Source of the DNA: the human T2T-CHM13v2.0 reference genome, Homo sapiens
Assembly: GCF_009914755.1 (NCBI RefSeq)
Contig: NC_060931.1
Length of the DNA stretch: 64,000 nt
Strand: one strand, 5' to 3'
Positions 54,750-64,000 of this stretch are shown here, piece by piece. The notes beneath the pieces were generated by a model that made no database searches, was not told the DNA's origin, and saw only the letters and a program-made list of their open reading frames with translations. Both the position numbers and the translations under genes were made by a program. Position 1 is the stretch's first letter, and each line of letters opens with the position of its first letter.

Positions 54750-57174
54750 ACTTTTACTTTTAATTGATACTTTTACAATCTTTATTGAAGGATTTAATCT
54801 TGTTTAAAGTTGGCAAAAGATTAACTCAATTAAAAATCTCATGGAAACAATTTAACCATTATTCTCTAATTTAGAGGCATTGATTAAAATTGTTTTCAAC
54901 AAGGAAAGACAAAAAAGGATACTTAAAATGTCTTATAGCTTAGAACTTTATGATGTCAACTCACACTTTATATGGTCTTTCAAACCTAATTCTCCAGCAT
55001 GTTTATATAGCACTTGGGGGCTGTCGGCCCACCAGTGCTGGGGAGGCCAGGCTTCTCTGACAAACAGCCAAAGAACTTGAAACAGGCTGTAGAAAGTCCA
55101 CTCCTGCCAGGATAATGCAAGCTGTTTAGTGACCATCTAACTGTTCTGCTAGTTTTTTTGCCGTACTTGGTAGTCCCAGGAATCCGGCTAGCTTCAGAAG
55201 TTAAGCAAAACAAAATACAACTGTGCACAGCCACATCCGAGGGTGACTCTGTCTCCAAATATCATACAAGTCCATGGCTGAAACACTTGAAAGGCTTGTA
55301 TCCCTGCAGATGAAATCTTTATAAGATTGAGTCTTTAAAGACAACCCTTAAGCACATAAATATTGTCATTTACAGCACCGTTTCAGTGCTATTTTGCCTT
55401 TCCCATTATAAAGGTGGCTAATGCACATGATAATTACAGTTCCTTAAAATTTATTCACTCCTGAGCAGATCAGCTCAGAAATGTTGGCACAGTTTCAGGA
55501 TTCCCGCTTGCCAAACACCCTTTGATCCAGTGAAATCATCGTATGATTCAAAACAAGGCCTACAGCCTTTCGAGAATTTATATCTTAAATCCTCATCTTC
55601 GTCGCTAACCCCTCCATGTTCGATCTAAAAAAAAAGAGTTTTCCTTATCAGTGACAAAGAAATAAGATTTTTCCCTGTGAGATTCATAATATGCTTTTTT
55701 TCTCTTCATTTACTCATCATTTGAACTAACTTACATTGAGTGCTTCTTACGTACTAGAGACTGTGACCTGCCCTGCAGTTATGGAACTAAACTACCTCCC
55801 CTAAACTGCATAAGGCAGAGACGGTCAGTTAAGCAGATAATGCTTTGTAGTGCTTTAACAACAGGGTCAAGGGAAAACAGAAGTAGGACCCAAAGCCTTT
55901 TGGTGAGGGCCAAACAGATTCCAAGTAGAGGTGAATGCTGAGCACAGCATTGGGAATAATAGCAGCGGGCAGATGGCAAAAAGAAGTAAGTTGGGTGTTC
56001 AAGAGACAGAAGAAATAGTATGTGCACACAGATCTGGCAGTGAGAGAAAACGTGACCAATTTTAGAGAAAATTAAAAATGCTTTGCTTGTCTTGAAAGAC
56101 CTCCATGGAGTAGCTAGAAAAGAGGAGGGATGGATAAGCACACCAAGATTTTAAATCACCATTTTTTGCCCTCCAAAGAAGTTTGAATTTTATTCTAAAG
56201 TCAATGTGGTCCCTTAGAAGAATTTTGAGCAAAGATGTGACATGACCAGTTTGGGGTCTTAAATAGATAATTCTGAGGAACTGCAGAAGAAAGTTAAAGA
56301 CAAAATATTTAGCATAGAATGACCATGTTTCAGTTCACATTATGGAGCACTGAGAAGCTATCTGGCACTGAAAACAGTGCTGGACAAAAAGCTCAGAGGT
56401 TGTGCCATTACTTCTGTCGATCAGGACTATTATAAAGAAAGAAAAACTAAGAAGAAGGATAAAGGGAAAGAAAGAAAGAAAAATACGGGGAATGGAGAGC
56501 CAGAGGGAGAAGAGAAAAAGAGGGAAAAAACTGTGGAGGTCATTAGAAGTAAAGCTTACTGTACATCATAGGTCTCCAGTCAGAGATGAAAGAGGGCCAG
56601 GGAGGACATAAGATATTTACATGGCATTCTATTTCTCCAAAAAAGAAACAAATTATTCTTTTATTCACCTTAATATGCCAACAATGTTGCATCAGTTACT
56701 CTTTCTCATCTAGCCTGTTCTCAAAATAATAGAAAGGTATTTGAGAAATTTCTTCATACCTTCCATGATTATGATTGAATACATATCAAATTGATTTCAT
56801 CAAAAAACCCCTGATGGCTCTCTTTCTGTCACACATGTCTTAAATCTACCAAGAACTATTATCAGCTCTCCCCTCAAATTATATCCAGGGTCCAAACACT
56901 TCTCACCATCTTCATTACTACCTTGGTCCAAGACACCATTATCTTTTAACTGGTCAATTTGAAAACTTCCTCTTACCTGCTTCCACCCTGTAGGCATCAC
57001 TCCTTTATTCATCATCCTCCAGTGGCTTTCCATCATCTTATCATAATCTACAGACTGTGAGTGATCTTGTCCCTTGCTACCTATTTGTCCCCATCTCCTC
57101 CTACTGTCCCCTCTTCTCACTCTTATCCAGCTACGCTGGGCTTCCTTTTGTCTCAGATGTACAGTTATCCCAGG

Positions 57175-57482
57175 GGCTGGGCGCAGTGGCTCACGCCTGT
57201 AATTCCAGCACTTTGGGAGGCCGAGCTGGGCAGATCACTTGAAGCCAGGAGTTCGAGACCAGCCTGACCAAAATGGTGAAACCCCGTCTCTACTAAAAAT
57301 ACAACAATTAGCCAGGTGTCATTGCAGGCACCTGTAATCCCAGCTGCTTGGGAAGCTGAGGCATGAAAATCACTTGAAACTGGAAGGTGGAAGTTGCAGT
57401 GAGCCTAGATTGCACCACTGCACTCCAGCCTGGGCAACAGAGCAAGACCCTGTCTCAAAAAACAAACAAACAAACAAACAAA
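57175..57482 (+). mobile_element. AluS with (CAAA)n tail, nested in an L2 remnant (~56800-57800)
   Basis: TSD TACAGTTAT(C/T)CCAGG. Confidence 0.93.
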
Positions 57483-58267
57483 TACAGTTATTCCAGGGCT
57501 TCTGCGCTAGCAGCATCACTCTGCTCAAAACATCCCTCCCTTGGATATCTGTTGTCCGAATGTCACTATATCTGAATGGTTTTCATGAAGCCATCTTAAA
57601 TTAAAATAGCACACCTCACCATTCACATTTTTCTTTGTTCCCTTTGTTTTGTCTCTTCTCACCTCACACCTTCTACCAGATGTAAACTCCTGAAGGAGGG
57701 ACTTTAGTTTGTTTAGTGTTGGTTCCCACATGAAGAATAAATTACCTGGGACAAAATCGGTGCTCAATATTTCTTGACTAAATTAATAAGCAAATGGATG
57801 AATAGAATTGTCCCCTGAATAGCACTTCTTTTTTGCTTGATGTTTCTAAGTAACCATTATTATTTACAAACGTTATGGCAGAGAGCTCAATCCCTTCACT
57901 TTGCAAACAGAAATTCAAACATTGCCTAAATCCTAGAGGGTAAACATCTTTAGTATGGAAACGAAAATGGCAGTTATTCAGCAGTGGTTTTAGACTAAAG
58001 TTTAGTAAACTGAACCAGAACTTAAAATATTTTTAAGATTTCCAAATAATCTGGAATGAGCCAAAGTTCTGTTCCCATGAAAATGGTAACTTTTCTAAGG
58101 AAATAACATCTTTGAGATGGGACAATTCAGAAATACTTAAGGACAAAGTAAATTTAAACATCATCTTTATATGCTGAGAGATAACCACTGTTACATAGGT
58201 GTATCATTGAAAATTTTGTTGACATGATATTGAATTGAAAGATTAATTAGGAAGAGTGTTTAAATAA

Positions 58268-58631
<364 letters not shown>

Positions 58632-59332
58632 TATTCCATTTACTGAATCAAATTTCATAGCTTTCTGTATATCGTATGTACATCTTTTTATCGTATATAC
58701 ATCGTAGGTTTAATCACAGCTATTTTGTGTTTTAGCTTGCTGCTGAATTCAGATTTTCTTACATTACATATTCCAAATGTTTGTTGAACTGCTTTTGAAC
58801 TCAATAATTGACTTTCTACTGACCACAGTAATAATATTTTTAATACTTTTTCAGTTATCTCAATGTTTAGTGGTAATCACATCATCTGTCAATAATAATA
58901 ACTTTGTTCTTTCCTTTTCAATATTTATATTTTTGTTTCTCTCATATATTGTTATTTATCCCTTTGGTTAAAGTTTTCCATCAATGTTAAAATCTATCAG
59001 CAATGATGGGTTATCTTATGTTGTTCCTGACTTAACTTGGAATGATTCTAGTATTTCATTTAAACTTTGATGTCATAGTTGTGTTTCAAATAGACTTTTT
59101 AATTACCTCTCTTCCCTTGATAATTTAAATTACACCTAAGCAAAGATCTTTGTGTATAAATATTTGTATTTATTTTCCTTAAAATGGATGTAATGATGCT
59201 TGATACATGGTGCCAAACTGTTTTCAGTGCTTGCTGTACACATATACCTGCAGTGTGTAAGTCCCACTCTTATCAGCATTTAGCATTGCCAGTGTGAAAA
59301 CATCCCAGAATTTTAGTTGATAAAAATTTGGG

Positions 59333-59650
59333 GGCTTGGTGAGATGGCTCAGGCCTGTAATCTCAGCACTTTTGGAGGATGAGGACAGAGGATTGCTTGA
59401 GCCCAGGAATTCAAAACCAGCCTGGGCAACATAGTGACACCATATTTCTACAAAAACATACAGAAATTAGCTGGGCATAGTGGCGCATGCCTGTAGCCCC
59501 AGCTAAACAAGAGGCTGACGTGGGAGCATCGATTGAGCCTGGGAGGTTGAGGCTGCAGTGAGCCGTGATCACTCCACTGAACTCTTGCCTGGTTAACAGA
59601 GTGAGACACTATCTCAAAAAAAATAAAAATAAAAAAATAAATAAATAATA
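59333..59650 (+). mobile_element. AluJ
   Basis: GAGGATTGCTTGAGCCCAGGA, GAGGCTGCAGTGAGCCGTGATC. Confidence 0.92.
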
Positions 59651-60249
59651 GATAAGAAATGTTGTATGTTTAGATTTTCATTTATTTGCTCATTATTGTA
59701 TTTGGCTAGTTTTTCACTTACTGATTAGCTATTTGTATTTCCTCTGCAAATTCACTATTATTTTAATTTCACATTTTGATTTCTCTGTGAGTTCTAAAAA
59801 CTTGATAGAGAATTACTTCTTGATTATTGTATGTGCTCATTTTAACACATTTGTGAATAATGCCAAGCTGTTCTTCAGAAATACCAAAATAGACAGTCTT
59901 CAGCCACATGTGAAAGTGCTCATTTGTTTCAACCACCCCAAAACTGAGAATATTTTTTAACTGAGTTGCCAGTTGAGTAGGTGAAGAGTACATATGTTAA
60001 ATATTTAATTTTCATCTCTGAGATTGTTAATGAATGGGATCATTTTTCATGTTTATCATGAGTTTTTTTTCTTTCTTATTTGCCTCTTCATCTTTAAATC
60101 ATATTTATTCTTTCTCTGGATGTGTAAAAGGTCTTTGCCTATGAGTTATTAATGCTTTATCATAAATAGAAAATAATTTTTCAGTTTGATTTGCTGCTTA
60201 ATTATGCTTATAAAATTTTTTGTTGGTTTGTTATATTGAGTATGCTGGT

Positions 60250-60755
60250 GCCCACCCCTAGTCCTCCAGTCCAGTCTCACCTCTTATTCCAGCCACTGCT
60301 GTAATGTTCAGCTTCCTCCTGGCTTTGCCTGGTTTCGGTTGGGTGCAATCTGAGTGCATCTGCTTAAGCCCCCTGTCCCAAGCCTCCTGCTTTCTGCTCT
60401 GGGGTTTATCTCACCCCACAGTAGGATATCTCCCAAAATTCACTTGTACTCATTGGTGCAACCTGAAAATATGGAGGAATCAACATCCTTTGGTCACTGC
60501 CACTATTGACTATTAAGGCCTGGGAACAATGGAGCTTCTTCTTTATTTCTTCAAGTGGATCTTCTGAGTCTTCGCAGAACATCTTAGGGCTAGAGTAACC
60601 TGACGCACAGAGGGTGGCCAACTGAACAATGCATCCTTTTGTTAACTTTTTCTGCTAACCTATCTCCCTCCTTCGGTGACTCACTCCTGCTGTCTGGGAT
60701 CATATTTCTAAATAAACTACTCACACATAAACCTTTGTCTTAGACTTTGCTTTGA
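60250..60755 (+). mobile_element. LTR16-like ERVL LTR
   Basis: CTCACTCCTGCTGTCTGGGATCA..AAATAAACTACT..CCTTTGTCTTAGACTTTGCTTT 3' signature. Confidence 0.55.
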
Positions 60756-61704
60756 GGCTTAGTTGTGTATCCTTTTTACATATAAGGTTTGTCTATGTCT
60801 CTGTGTGGGCATGGGTATGTATGATCACATATCTCAATCATGCATTTTATGGTTTCTGACTATAGTTTCACAGGTATAAGGCTTTCTCTGTCACCAGGGT
60901 CAGATAAATATGTATGTACATTTTAATTCTTTTGGTATAGAGTACAAGGTCATGATCTGTTTTGTTATATTTCCCAAACGATTAAGCAAGATTAAAATAA
61001 AGCCTATTGAACATCTGGCCTTTTCTCACTGATTTTTGTCAGTTAACATTTCAGTTTCAGGAGAATTACAGATTTATAAGAGACTAATCTCCATTTTCCT
61101 ACTCTTCTTCACACATGTTATGATTATGACTTAATTAGCCAAATATACGTAAATGTAAAGATCCACAGTAAAGGAGCAGACGCTTTTTCTTGGTTTACTA
61201 ACTGGACTTAACAGCGACTGGTGACACTCCCTATAGAGGCCTGTCACAGCAGAGTAAATTGCCATTCCCATAAATGGGACTTGCCTTCCCATAAATCTTA
61301 AATAATTGGGGTTATATCCTAATTCCAGGAGAAGTAGCATCAGCAATGTAATTGCTTCAAATTATGGGTATTTTTAGGGGACACAAAATTATCTAGTTTT
61401 TTTATTTAGAAAAAATTAAGCAAACCTACTTATCAGCAAGGTGACAGCCACATGAGGATGGGGTATAGGAAACAGACAGTACACTAGTGTTCATGATTGG
61501 TGTCACTGCCTTAATCTTCCCAATATCTCATTAAATAAATAAATAAACCTGTTGCCCCACAATCCTGCACTAAATGTTTACGTGTACAGAAAGCTGTTTC
61601 TGGCCTTCACATCTGTGTCACTGAACTTTCAATCCACTCCTGTGATGGTACTACCAGAGATTTACTGAGGCTTTTAAAACATGTTTTAACACTGAACAGA
61701 ACAC

Positions 61705-62835
<1,131 letters not shown>

Positions 62836-62932
62836 TCAATATTTTCCTTTTTCAAAAATGTGTTGGCTCTTCTTGTTTACTGATCCCTCTTGTTGAACTT
62901 TAAAATCATGTTGTCAAGTTCACCCCAAAACG

Positions 62933-63317
62933 TGGTAGACACAGAGATGCACCCCCAGATGCCACGTCAAGGAAGGGCTTGTTGTCCAGCTGCTGGGAGC
63001 ACATGGACAACTTCCAGCTGTTGACTCCTTCAGGGTCACGCACTTCCAATGCCACTTCCCTTGAGTAAATGTGCAAAGTGGTGGTAAAGAGAATCAGTCA
63101 TTTCAGTAGACCTGGGATGACTCTGGTGGGCAACACCTGTTCCCAAGCTCCTTGCTGGTTTGGCCGAGGCTTTGCTGGGTCTGCATCTCAACTTCACTTT
63201 TCCTTCCGCTCAATCCTGTGACTTCCCCCTTCTTTACTCAGATGTCGATCTCTAATCAATGTCTTATATCCTAAATTCCACCTCCACCTCTTTCTTTGAA
63301 GAATTCAAACTGTGACA
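62933..63317 (+). mobile_element. LTR16C-like ERVL LTR
   Basis: CCAGCTGCTGGGAG, TTGGCCGAGGCTTTG, ends ACTGTGACA. Confidence 0.55.
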
Positions 63318-63432
63318 AATTTAAACAGTGCCAAACCTATCTATCTAAAAAGATACTTTCTTTTAATACTTAGTTTTTCCATTTAGAAATACAGTGTCTC
63401 TAAATGTATTCATCTTCTTTTACATTTCTTAG

Positions 63433-63767
<335 letters not shown>

Positions 63768-63890
63768 CGTTTACAGATTTTTTAAAGAGTTTTCCTGGTT
63801 TTTTTATATTGATTTTTATTGGTTTCTGCATTATAAATAGAACTCTTTCGTCATGTCATCCATGTGATCCATAATGTTATGTAATAAAAC

Positions 63891-64000
63891 TTTTTTTTTT
63901 TTTTTGAGACAGAGTCTCGCTCTGTCACCCAGGCTGGAGTGCAGTGGTGTGATCTCAGCTCACTGCAACCTCCGCCTCCCGGATTCAAGCAATTTTCCTG
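63891..64000 (-). mobile_element. Alu, cut by window end
   Basis: Poly-T then GAGACAGAGTCTCGCTCTGTCACCCAGGCTGG. Confidence 0.95.

Overview
This is AT-rich primate genomic DNA, almost certainly human: it contains Alu, L1PA and THE1/MST elements, and the encoded protein matches human SOSTDC1 as I recall it. The only protein-coding gene is SOSTDC1 (USAG-1/Wise/ectodin, a secreted cystine-knot BMP/Wnt antagonist) on the minus strand. Its CDS is 41401-41197 joined to 38699-38284 (206 aa), with a TATA box at 41494-41501, a poly(A) signal at 37294-37299 and an in-frame 72-nt cassette exon at 40123-40052 (230-aa isoform). From recall, not checkable here, this is 7p21 between CRPPA/ISPD and LRRC72. 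The rest is mostly interspersed repeats: about 20 Alus, L1MC/L1PA/L1ME, L2, MIR, MaLR and ERVL LTRs, MER20, MER1B, Tigger2a and MER44. Nearly all other ORFs in the track are repeat-derived or chance. There are no CRISPR arrays, tRNA or rRNA genes, or prokaryotic systems. The observations most worth following up are: (1) a splice acceptor and overlapping uORF just upstream of the TATA box; (2) two MER20 elements upstream of a uterine-sensitization gene, plus Smad and TCF motifs; (3) a six-junction rearrangement scar at 16.2-17.3 kb; (4) a 123-bp non-tandem copy of an Alu end plus flank; (5) a tailless U2 snRNA retrocopy with target-site duplications (TSDs); and (6) two perfect hairpins. Repeat subfamily names come from recalled consensus sequences, and repeat boundaries are approximate unless TSDs are quoted.
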